A stretch of DNA of 64,000 nucleotides from an uncultured Bacillota bacterium. GTDB lineage: Bacteria; Sysuimicrobiota; Sysuimicrobiia; Sysuimicrobiales; Segetimicrobiaceae. Under the pieces are notes generated by a model, which was not told the origin of the DNA, made no database searches, and worked only from the letters and a program-made list of their open reading frames with translations. Of the stretch, positions 1 through 8,390 are shown in pieces. The position numbers and the translations under genes were made by a program. Each line of letters opens with the position of its first letter. Within the stretch, counting starts at the first letter, position 1. The DNA is taken from positions 192,001 to 256,000 of the forward strand of contig CAWDRG010000005.1 of assembly GCA_963804645.1 (NCBI GenBank), read 5' to 3'.

Positions 1-540
1 GGCTCGGAGTTCATCAACGAGCATCTCTTCCAATATTGCGCGGCCCGCGATATTCAGTTCACTCGCGGCCGGCCCTACAAGAAAGACGACAACGCCCACA
101 TCGAGCAGAAGAACTGGACCCACGTCCGCAAACTCCTCGGCTGGGACCGCTATGCGTCCCCGACGGCGCTCGCCGCCATCAACGCCCTCTACCGCCAGGA
201 CCTGCGCTTGATGATGAATCTCTTCCAACCCTCCGTGAAACTGCAACGCACCAAACGCACGGGCTCGCGCCGGCGCCGGTTCTATGACGCCCCCCAAACG
301 CCGCTCGACCGGCTGCTGACGTCCCAGGGTGCCACCACCGCACAGCTCAAGACGCTCCGCCGCCTCCGTGCCCGCCTCGACCCGTTCGCCCTCTCGGAAA
401 GTATCGAGCGGCAGCTCCGCCACATCTACACTCTGATCCACCGCGGCCCCATTACTCCCACTCGTCACCCGCTTCCGCATCAGCGGTTCGAGATCCATCG
501 CCGCCCGCCGCTCCCGCGCGTCGCCGCCGGACGCCGGTAA
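1..540 (+). CDS. DDE/integrase-core (rve) transposase, IS481-like/ISNCY type, 5'-partial (runs off window)
   Basis: Frame +1 from base 1 reads GSEFINEHLFQYC...FTRGRPYKKDDNAHIEQKNWTHVRKLLGWDRY...NLFQPSVKL...YDAPQTPLDRLL, stop TAA at 538-540. Confidence 0.9.
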   Translation, partial: GSEFINEHLFQYCAARDIQFTRGRPYKKDDNAHIEQKNWTHVRKLLGWDRYASPTALAAINALYRQDLRLMMNLFQPSVKLQRTKRTGSRRRRFYDAPQTPLDRLLTSQGATTAQLKTLRRLRARLDPFALSESIERQLRHIYTLIHRGPITPTRHPLPHQRFEIHRRPPLPRVAAGRR

Positions 541-596
541 CAGCAATATTGGCGTGACGATACCCCCCTTCGGTAACACTTACTTATGGCTTGACA
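535..596 (+). mobile_element. Right end of the IS: two tandem copies of CGGTAAC-N8/N9-TGGC(G/T)TGAC, ending TTGACA
   Basis: 535-558 CGGTAAC AGCAATAT TGGCGTGAC; C-rich 12-nt linker; 571-595 CGGTAAC ACTTACTTA TGGCTTGAC. Confidence 0.7.
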
Positions 597-606
597 GGGG
601 ATACGT

Positions 607-655
607 GTTGCCTCAGTTGCCTCAACAGTCCTGGTCACCGAACGGGGGGGTGTTG
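607..655 (-). mobile_element. Second, inverted IS-like end (3' exon side); its inner repeat is split by the outer intron and continues at 4672-4691
   Basis: Minus strand: [CGGTGAC ACCCATTT TGAGG | CAAC] ACCCCCCCGTT [CGGTGAC CAGGACTGT TGAGGCAAC] TGAGGCAAC; same N8 / C-rich linker / N9 layout as 535-596. Confidence 0.6.
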
Positions 656-778
656 GGTGGGTCGAGGAGTGGCGCGGTGGCCTTGCGGCTCCGTTTCCAC
701 CCCCCGCCTCATCGAACCGGACATGCAGGTTGCCCGCATCCGGCTCCCCTGTCCACTTCGCACCAAGGGTTATGAGAC

Positions 779-3700
779 CTATCGCGCTGGGAGCGCTTTC
801 GGGAGCCTGTACACATATCGGACGCCATAGTCGTCATACAGTCCGAGCGTGCCATAGATCCACTCCCTACTCCACCTCTTCCAGCCGAAGCCTGGTCGTT
901 TTGCCGCCCTCGCCAAGTGGCGTCGCACTTTCTTCTCGACCCAAAACCGCAGATGTGTAAACTGCCGACTGGTGTTCCCGATGCGAAGTAGAGTAAGGAG
1001 TTGGCGCGCCGCGTAGCTCCGCCGTTAGGGGGTACAGCCTGTCCACCTCCATCGGTGGCTTGCAGCCTCCAGCCCTCGTCCCGGGCGACACACGTTTCCA
1101 ACCCCTCCTCATCGATCCGAGCATGACCTTTCCGGTCACTCGGCTCACCGACGTCCTTCACCGACGGTTTTCGCCCCGCTCGAACCGAACGCTTCCGACC
1201 AAGCGGAGCAACCCGACGCGGTTGCCGGACATGATGATGTACTTCATGCCGCGCCCGCGTCCATTCCGCCCGTGTCGTTTGGAGAGCAGCAACGCCATTC
1301 GTTCGACCGTATACCGGTCCAACTTGGCGAAGCAGCGCGTCGAGTTGCCGTACCGATAGTACTCGCGCCACCCCCCGAGAAAACGATTGAGGTCGCCCAC
1401 AACCGTGTGCGTGGGGACGTGGCGACGATTGCGCCCGGTGAGTTCCCGGATCCGAGAACGGCACCGGAGCACGGCTTTGGCACTCGGCCAGCACGCCGGA
1501 TAGCGAAAGCTCGGTCTACGCCGTGAGGGCACCATCTGATGATGGAAACCCAGAAAGTCATATCCCGCGCTCCCGCTTGCGACTCCAACGATCTGCGTCT
1601 TGGAGCCGGACAATGTCAGCCCCAGCTCTTCCAGGGTTGTTGCCAAAACCGCCTTCGCGGCTTCAGCCTTCTCCCGAGTTGAGCAGCAGATGCAAAGATC
1701 GTCACAGTAGCGAACGAGCACTCCCAACGGCTGGTGCTCCGTCATCCAAGCTCGGTCCAAATGATGTAGGACCACGTTAGCCAGGACTGGCGAGAGCGGC
1801 CCACCTTGTGGAGAGCCCTCCGTCGGGGTCGTCAGCGTACCGCTGTCGAGTATCCCGGCGGACAAGATGCACCGAATGAGCTCCACGACCTTCCGGTCGC
1901 TGATCCGCTCCCGGAGACACTCCAAGATGCGGCCATGCGCGAGTCGATCGAAGCAGCTCTCGATGTCGGCATCCACCACCCATGTCCTTCCTGCCCGAAT
2001 CGCCTCCCGCATTGCTTGCAATGCTTGGTGGGCGTCTCGCCGGGGCCGAAACCCGTACGAGCAGGGCAGAAAGTCCGCCTCGAAGATCGGTTCGATGACG
2101 ATCTTCAGCGCTTGCTGGACCACCCGGTCCCGCACATTCGCGATCCCGAGCGGCCGGAGCTTGTCCGGCTTGCCTGGTTTGGGAATCCAGACGCGCCGCA
2201 GCGGCTGCGGACGGTACGTCCCGTCGCGCAGGCTGGCCTCTAGGTCGTCAAGGAACACCTCTACACCGGCCGCCTCAATATCCGCGATGGTAATGGCATC
2301 GATTCCCGGTGCTCCCTGGTTAGCGCGCACCTCCAACCACGCGCGCCCGAGAACGTCCCTGCGATGGACCCGGTCATACAGCGCGTGGAAACGTCGATTC
2401 GGCGACTGCTTGGCCGCCCGGTACAGTTTGTGTTGAAGGGCTCGAACTTTATCGAGGGTGTTGTTGGGCCTCTCGGCCATGCACCAGTTCCTCCCTCTCC
2501 CACAAACGTGGACGAAGCAGGGGCCCTTCGCTCGGGCGGGTTATGTTGTCCCGCCGGTCGTCGCTAATATGGCCCCATCCGACGCCCTCCCGGCTCAGTG
2601 CGACTTCCCGTTTGGCGGTTATACGCACTGGCTGCTCCCGGATCGCAGACCCGGGGCCGGGGAGGGCCTCTCCAGTTCCCGTCACCACCGTCCGAACGTT
2701 CCGCGCCCCTTACGGCGGGGGGTTCTTCGGCGCTGCATTTCCAGGCTCTCCACGCCTTCCGTGGCCTTCGCCCTGGTATTCCGGGCTCGGCTCCCCCTTG
2801 GTCCCTTTCGGGCTGGTCTAACGCCGCGGCAGACTTCACGTCATGCTGCGGACCGCTCGGTTGCTACCTCCGTGAGGCTTCTGACGCTGGGCTTCGGCGT
2901 CAAGCGTTTCCCCCTGACGCCGCCAGCCTGCTACCAGGCTCCCTGGCGATTACCTGGACGGGACTTTCACCCGCTGGCGGTGACGAGCTTACGGGCTACG
3001 CGCTCAATCCTCCCGACACCACCTCCTTCCATCGCGCGTGCCCTCTGGACACGCAATAATTGAGCCATCCGGCGAGGATTGGATTGACCTCGCTGATGAC
3101 TTGCTGCACCGGCTGGGAGCGGTGTTGCCGAAAGACCTCTCGGAGCCGCTGCCGTACTTCAGTGCATTTGTGGCGCGTTGGTACTTGATGTGGGCGCCAC
3201 GCACCTCGATGACTCCGCACCCGGCGAAAGTCGAACCCGAGAAATGTAAACGCTTCCCTCCGCTCAAGATCCACCACGCGGCTCTTCTGCTCATTGACCT
3301 GGATACCGAGCTTCGCGATTTCCTCCCGAATCCGCCGGTTGATCGCCCGCGGTAGCCAATCGTGCCGTTGGTGCGCATCCACCAGGACCACCAGATCGTC
3401 AGCCCACCGCGCGTACGTCACGTTCGGGACCGTTCCCCGCCGTGTAGTTTGCCGCGCCTTCTCCAACATCTCATCGACTGGAGTCAGATAGATATTGGAG
3501 AGCAAGGGTGAGAGAGGGCCGCCTTGTGGAAGCCCTTGACGGCCCGTGGCCTGAAGAACCAGCTTCAGCAAATGCAGGATCGCGGGATCACTGACCCGCT
3601 TCGCGACCTGTGCCAGCAGTATGTGGTGCTGGACGTGGTCAAAATACGCGTGCAGGTCGAGATCGATCACCCGCGTATGGCGAAGTAGGATAGCCTCTGC

Positions 3701-4147
3701 AACGTGGGCCACGGCTTGATGCGCCGTACGTTTCGGGCGATACCCGTACGAACCGGGCTGAAAATCTGCCTCGAAGATCGGCTCGAGAATAAGTTTCAGC
3801 GCTCCTTGTACGACCCGATCCCGGATCGCGGGAATTTGGAGCACTCGCTCCCCGCCGCCCCGCTTGGGAATCGCGTGTTTGCGTGTTGCCAATGGGCGGT
3901 AGCCTCCGGAGACCAGTTCGTCCTGTAGGCGCGCCAGAAACGTCTCCACGCCGGCGGTCTCGATCGCTTCAAATGTGACGCCGTCGATGCCCGGCGCCCC
4001 ATCATTCGCCTTGGCCGCCATGTACGCTGCCTGGAGTGTCTCCAGTTTGCAGACGTGGACGTAGAGGCCCCAGAAGCGCCAAGCCTTGTCGGACTTCGCC
4101 TTGGCGTACAGCCTTCGTCTCAGGTCCTGCACCGTGATGGACGCCAT
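779..4147 (-). CDS. ltrA: Outer intron RT/maturase, 433 aa after splicing; join(4147..3055, 987..779); no HNH domain
   Basis: WRFWGLYVHVCK, APGIDG, PQGGPLSPLLSNIYL, YARWADD; exons 1093+209 nt = 434 codons, giving ...GWLNYFRIGNTSRQF...GFGWKRWSREWIYGTLGLY...LPAR*. Confidence 0.9.
988..3054 (-). mobile_element. Inner group II intron (2067 nt) nested in the outer RT gene
   Basis: 5' GCGTGTCCAGAGGGCACG at 3054; DV GAGCCGAGTGACCGGAAAGGTCATGCTCGGATC at 1146-1114; 3' end CTCCTTACTCTAC at 988; precise removal restores the outer reading frame. Confidence 0.92.
1158..2480 (-). CDS. ltrA: Inner intron RT/maturase, 440 aa, no HNH domain
   Basis: RFHALYDRV, APGID, RPLGIANVRDRVVQ, SYGFRP, PQGGPLSPVLAN, VRYCDD, GWREYY. 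Confidence 0.95.
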   Translation of the reverse strand: MAERPNNTLDKVRALQHKLYRAAKQSPNRRFHALYDRVHRRDVLGRAWLEVRANQGAPGIDAITIADIEAAGVEVFLDDLEASLRDGTYRPQPLRRVWIPKPGKPDKLRPLGIANVRDRVVQQALKIVIEPIFEADFLPCSYGFRPRRDAHQALQAMREAIRAGRTWVVDADIESCFDRLAHGRILECLRERISDRKVVELIRCILSAGILDSGTLTTPTEGSPQGGPLSPVLANVVLHHLDRAWMTEHQPLGVLVRYCDDLCICCSTREKAEAAKAVLATTLEELGLTLSGSKTQIVGVASGSAGYDFLGFHHQMVPSRRRPSFRYPACWPSAKAVLRCRSRIRELTGRNRRHVPTHTVVGDLNRFLGGWREYYRYGNSTRCFAKLDRYTVERMALLLSKRHGRNGRGRGMKYIIMSGNRVGLLRLVGSVRFERGENRR

Positions 4148-4820
4148 TGTCAGATCGTCCGTGCCTCCCCTCGAACTCGGGCCTGTGGACAGCAGGGCTC
4201 CTTTGCTCTCGCGGCATTACCCGCGTTCATCGCTCGTACGAGCCCCTCCGACTTCCTCTCACCGTCGGCGCGTTTCCCGGGTGTTGCCCGGTTATCGCGC
4301 CTACCCAGCTTCCGATGCTTTCCCATCGAGGTGAGGAGGATCTCTCCAGTTGCTGAACGCGTCCTGGTCACCATGCCGTCGCTAACCACCCCGCCGGACT
4401 GACGACAGCTTCTCTGCCAGATATGCTGTCCTCACATTGCCTTCGCCCTTTGAGGGAAGGCTCGGCGCTCCGGAGTCTTCATTCTCGAGGCCACCTCGCG
4501 TTCGCTTGCGCTACGGCCTGGTGACTCGCTCACCCTTCCACGAAGGGTTTTGTCGGCAGGCTTTAGGTAAGTCGGTCTCTCTCCTTCCCGCTGCCCAAGC
4601 TACGAGGGGTCTGGCTCTTCCCTCGACGGAACTGTCTCCCGCTGAACGCGTCCGCGTTCGTCTGGACGCACCCTCAAAATGGGTGTCACCGAGCGTCGGT
4701 GCGGTGCGCCCTTGCCGCGCGTGCGGCGTGGTCCCGGGAACGCGGGGAAGGGACAGAGGTGTTCGTCACTCCGGTCGCGGAAGTTCGAGGTCACGTCTGA
4801 TCCCTGGCGAGGCCGAGACC

Positions 4821-5468
4821 ATGGACCGACCATCGAGCAGTGTGGAACAGCGGCTGGACGAATTGGAACGCACGATCGCGGTCGCGCACGAACGCATCCG
4901 CGTCCTCGAGGCGCGGCAGCGACGGACCGCCCGCTGGTGGTCGCTCGCCCTCGGCGTGGTAATCACGGTCGCGATCAGTTGGAGTGTGAGCGCGCCGGCG
5001 CGCGGGGCCGGCGCCCCCGGATCAACTTCGGCGACGCTGTATACACCGGTCACCGTCGAGGATCGACAAACGCACCAGGTCATTATGACGATCGATAACT
5101 CCGCCCTCGTCATGCGGGATCACCTCAACAACAAGACGGTGGAAATCGGGACGACCACGGCCGGCGTCGGGGCAGTCGCGGTCTACAACGGAAGCCGTAA
5201 GAATCAATCGTTGCTCGTCGATCTGCTCTCGAGCACTCAGAACGGCGGGATGCTGAGCATCGTCAACGCCGGTGGACGTGAGGTCGCAAATCTGCAGGCC
5301 GGATCGGGCGGAGACGGCAGTTTCGAACTGCGCCGGGGCAACGGCAACCGGCTCGTCACCACGGGCGTGACCGCCACGGGGCAAGGGTACGTCTCCACCT
5401 GGACCCACGGAAACACCACGGGAATCCTCATAGGCGAACCGAGCGTGATCGTCGGACCGAAGCCGTAA
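4821..5468 (+). CDS. Hypothetical membrane-anchored protein: N-terminal coiled coil, TM/signal segment, Gly/Thr-rich beta-strand repeats
   Basis: ATG 4821; VEQRLDELERTIAVAHERIRVLEARQ, WWSLALGVVITVAISW, repeated short G-x-G beta segments. Confidence 0.7.
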   Translation: MDRPSSSVEQRLDELERTIAVAHERIRVLEARQRRTARWWSLALGVVITVAISWSVSAPARGAGAPGSTSATLYTPVTVEDRQTHQVIMTIDNSALVMRDHLNNKTVEIGTTTAGVGAVAVYNGSRKNQSLLVDLLSSTQNGGMLSIVNAGGREVANLQAGSGGDGSFELRRGNGNRLVTTGVTATGQGYVSTWTHGNTTGILIGEPSVIVGPKP

Positions 5469-5629
5469 CGCCATGCGAGCACAGTGCCTACGACGGATGC
5501 ACGCGACGACACAGCGCCGGTCATCATTATCGCCGAATTGCGCAGCCCTGACGGCGCGCACTCGCCACGTATTTCTCGCTGCGAGACGATAACTAGGATT
5601 CCTCGGATGACGCTGCGTCGAGACCTGCC

Positions 5630-6360
5630 TCACATCACGGCAAGAATGCCGCGAATGAGCAGGCGGAACTGCTGGCCGCTGCGCGTCGCAACGGCGAGTA
5701 CTTCCTCCGCGCTCGCGTGATGGTCACGATCAGGGATCGCCATGTCGGTAACAATTGAAAGACCGAGGATCTTGCTGCCCAGGTGGCGCAGCGCGATCAC
5801 TTCTGGCACGACGGACATTCCAATTGCATCTGCCCCTAAGCTTCGCAACATGCGTAACTCCGAGCGACTGGCGAACGCGGGTCCGGCAAACCACGCATAC
5901 ACTCCGTCACGCAAGGTCATGTCGAGAGATCGAGCTACTCGCGCGGCGACTTCTCGGAGGACCGGATCGTAGGGGTCGAACATCACGGGAAATCGAGACC
6001 CCATGCGCTCGTCATTGGACCCGGTAAGAGGATCGGCTCCAGCCATATTGATGTAATCCTGATGCAGCATGACGTCCCCAGCACTGTAGTTTGGATTCAG
6101 TCCGCCAGCCGCCGAGGTCACCACAAACGTCTTGGCGCCCAAGTAAAAGCCTACCCGTACCGGGAACACCACCTGTTGCGCACCATAGCCCTCGTACAGG
6201 TGAGCCCGCCCCTTGTAGGCCACCACATTCTTACCCTTGAGTCTCCCCAAGATGAGCGTGCCCTCGTGCCCCGGAGCTGTCGAACGGGGAAAGTGAGGTA
6301 ACTCGGCATAAGGAATGCTCGAGCTTATCTCAATCTCGTCTCCCAGCGGCCCCAACCCCC
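5630..6360 (-). pseudogene. punA: Trimeric-type purine nucleoside phosphorylase, apparently 5'-truncated
   Basis: GLGPL, IPYAELPHFPRSTAPGHEG, GRAHLYEG, AAGGLN, GADAIGMS; the usual N-terminal helix and ILGSG are missing and no credible start exists before the divergent GT gene. Confidence 0.7.
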
Positions 6361-6423
6361 CGGGCACGACAGGAGCGGCGTCCTGCGAGGAACCTGAGCG
6401 CTCCGCGGCCAATCGGTCTCTTC

Positions 6424-7560
6424 ATGCGGATTGTGGTCAACGCGGTGGCCGCGCGCATGGGCGGCGCGACCACCCACCTGCCGAATTTCCTGCAGACCGC
6501 CGGACGCCGCTATCCCGGCGACCTGTTCATCGCGTGCGTGAACCGCTCGTGGCAGGCGCCGGCCCTCCCCGGAAACGTTCACCTCGTGCGCACCGACGAT
6601 CTGCGCGGCCGGCTCGCCCACGCCGCGTGGGATCAGTGGGGCATCAGCCGCGTGGCCGCGCGCGAGCGCGCGGATGTCCTCGTCTCGCTCTTGAACTTCG
6701 GCCCCGCACGCCCCCGGATCCCGCACGTCGTCTTCGAACGAAACCCGGTGTACTTCTGCGAGTACTATCTGCGCGGCCTCCGCGGCCGCCGGGCGCTCGA
6801 GATCAAGGCGACCCGGGCCCTCGCCCACGCGGTAATGCGCGGCGCACGAAGCGTGGTCACGCCGTCGGCCGCGATGCGGGACATGATCCGGGCCTTCTAC
6901 CCGGACCTCCCCCAGGAACGGTTCCGGGTCGTGCCGCACGGCTTCGGGCTCGACGCGTTCCGCACGAAGGCGCCCCTCCCCGAGCGTGCGGCCGATGCGA
7001 TTGCGGGCTCCAAGGGCGTCAAGCTGCTGTACGTCTCCCACGCCGCGTCCTATAAGGGAGTCGAGATCCTTCTCGAGACGGCGCGGGCACTGCGGTATCT
7101 CGGCGTGCCCAGCACAACGTGGCTGACCGTGGCGAAGGAAGACTGGCCCGAGGGGTTTCAGAGGTACGAAGCGTTCATTGCCGAGCACCGACTCGAGGAT
7201 CAGGTCCGCCTGCTCGGGCGGATTCCGCACGGAGCCGTGCACCGGCTGTATGAGGCGGCGGATCTGTTCGTTCACCCGTCGCTGTGCGAATCGTTTTCAT
7301 TTCCACTCGTCGAGGCGATGGCAAGCGGTCTTCCGGTCATCGCCGCGGACCGGCCGCTGAATCGCGAGATGTGCGGGGACGCCGCGTCGTTCTATCCGCC
7401 CGAAGACGCCCTCGCCCTCGCCTCCGAAATCACCCGGCTCCGCGATGACCCGGGACGCCGGGCGCGCATGGTCGCGGAGGGGCATATCTTGGCGCAGCGG
7501 TTCTCATGGGACACGCACGTGGATCAGGTGATGGCCGTGGTCGCGGACGCCGTGGCGTAG
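6424..7560 (+). CDS. Glycosyltransferase family 4 (GT-B)
   Basis: VVTPSAAMRD, YKGVEILL, FVHPSLCESFSFPLVEAMASGLPVIA. Confidence 0.9.
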   Translation: MRIVVNAVAARMGGATTHLPNFLQTAGRRYPGDLFIACVNRSWQAPALPGNVHLVRTDDLRGRLAHAAWDQWGISRVAARERADVLVSLLNFGPARPRIPHVVFERNPVYFCEYYLRGLRGRRALEIKATRALAHAVMRGARSVVTPSAAMRDMIRAFYPDLPQERFRVVPHGFGLDAFRTKAPLPERAADAIAGSKGVKLLYVSHAASYKGVEILLETARALRYLGVPSTTWLTVAKEDWPEGFQRYEAFIAEHRLEDQVRLLGRIPHGAVHRLYEAADLFVHPSLCESFSFPLVEAMASGLPVIAADRPLNREMCGDAASFYPPEDALALASEITRLRDDPGRRARMVAEGHILAQRFSWDTHVDQVMAVVADAVA

Positions 7561-7578
7561 CCGCCGCCGACGGCTCGG

Positions 7579-8325
7579 TCAGAGGCTCCCCGCCGCACCG
7601 CCGCCAGCCGTGGCAGGGCCTTTGCCGCCGCCAGAGCGGCGTCGGCGGCGCCGCCGCTTCCGACGGGCACCCGCCGCCCCGTCCGCGGCCGGCGTCTCGG
7701 GAGCGGCCGGGCTCGGCGGCGCCGGGCGGACCGGGGCACGCGCCGCGGCAGACGGTCGCGGGGCGCTCGGCGACCTGGGTGGTGCCGCCGGCCTGGAACG
7801 CGCCGGCGCCGCACCCGGCTCCCCCGGCGGCGTCCGCGGCTTCGCCGGCTTCGGGAGGGCTTCATCACCCTCATCCGAATCAGCGAACACCGGGAGCACC
7901 GTGCTCAAGACCTCATCGGCCTGCCGCACCGGGCGCCGGCTCGGCGTCTTCCGCTCCGACGCCAGTTTGACACGATCCAACATCCGCTCGAGGAACTGGA
8001 TCAGAAACTGACGGGCCGCGGCATCGGTGATCATCGGAATGCCCGGGTCCACGTCGAGCTGGTAGACCAGCTCGGTCCCATCCTCGGTGGTCGCGAGCGT
8101 GCAGCGGCCGGAGAACGCGCGGAGGGTGCCGCGGACCTGGGTGAACTCGAGCGACGTCGGCGGGCGCAGCAGCACGCGCTGGACGGACTCGCACGGCAGC
8201 CCCACGAAGTAGCCCTGCAGGGTCACGACGTACGCCGCGCCGCGCTTCTCCCCGACGTCCGCGATCATCCACAGAGGGGTGCCGTACCGGACGCGCTGAT
8301 CGGGCTGCGCCAGGTGCTCGAACAC
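7579..8325 (-). CDS. SRPBCC/START-like domain protein with Pro/Ala-rich linker and poly-Arg tail (start may lie ~50 nt upstream)
   Basis: Frame continues upstream as LIRASAEHVFEHLA; EFTQVRGTLRAFSGRCTL...TELVYQLDVD; tail RRKRRRRRRRSGG. Confidence 0.55.
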   Translation of the reverse strand: MFEHLAQPDQRVRYGTPLWMIADVGEKRGAAYVVTLQGYFVGLPCESVQRVLLRPPTSLEFTQVRGTLRAFSGRCTLATTEDGTELVYQLDVDPGIPMITDAAARQFLIQFLERMLDRVKLASERKTPSRRPVRQADEVLSTVLPVFADSDEGDEALPKPAKPRTPPGEPGAAPARSRPAAPPRSPSAPRPSAAARAPVRPAPPSPAAPETPAADGAAGARRKRRRRRRRSGGGKGPATAGGGAAGSL

Positions 8326-8390
8326 GTGCTCCGCCGACGCGCGGATCAGGCGCCGCGCCTGCAGGACGAGCGTGGGCGGCGAGAACGCGG

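Larger units (their letters stand above)
656..4671 (-). mobile_element. Outer group II intron (~1949 nt without the nested intron)
   Basis: 5' end GTGCGTCCAG at 4671; DV GAGCCGGATGCGGGCAACCTGCATGTCCGGTTC at 746-714; DVI ends CTCGACCCACC at ~656 (plus or minus 1); EBS1 CCTCAAA (4455-4449) complementary to IBS1 TTTGAGG (4678-4672). Confidence 0.9.

Noticed and set aside
2458..3063. Plus-strand ORFs over the inner intron's 5' domains
   Set aside because: Antisense to structured ribozyme RNA, with no protein motifs.
2996..4147. Outer RT as a truncated pseudogene
   Set aside because: The missing C-terminus is at 987-779 and is restored in frame by removing the inner intron.
1158..4147. Tandem RTs as a DGR, retron or defence RT system
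   Set aside because: Both have group II DV/DVI RNA structures and splice boundaries; no TR/VR pair, msr-msd or effector gene was seen.
4437..4820. N-terminal extension of the 343-aa track ORF
   Set aside because: It is antisense to intron domain I and crosses the insertion site; ATG 4821 is the plausible start.
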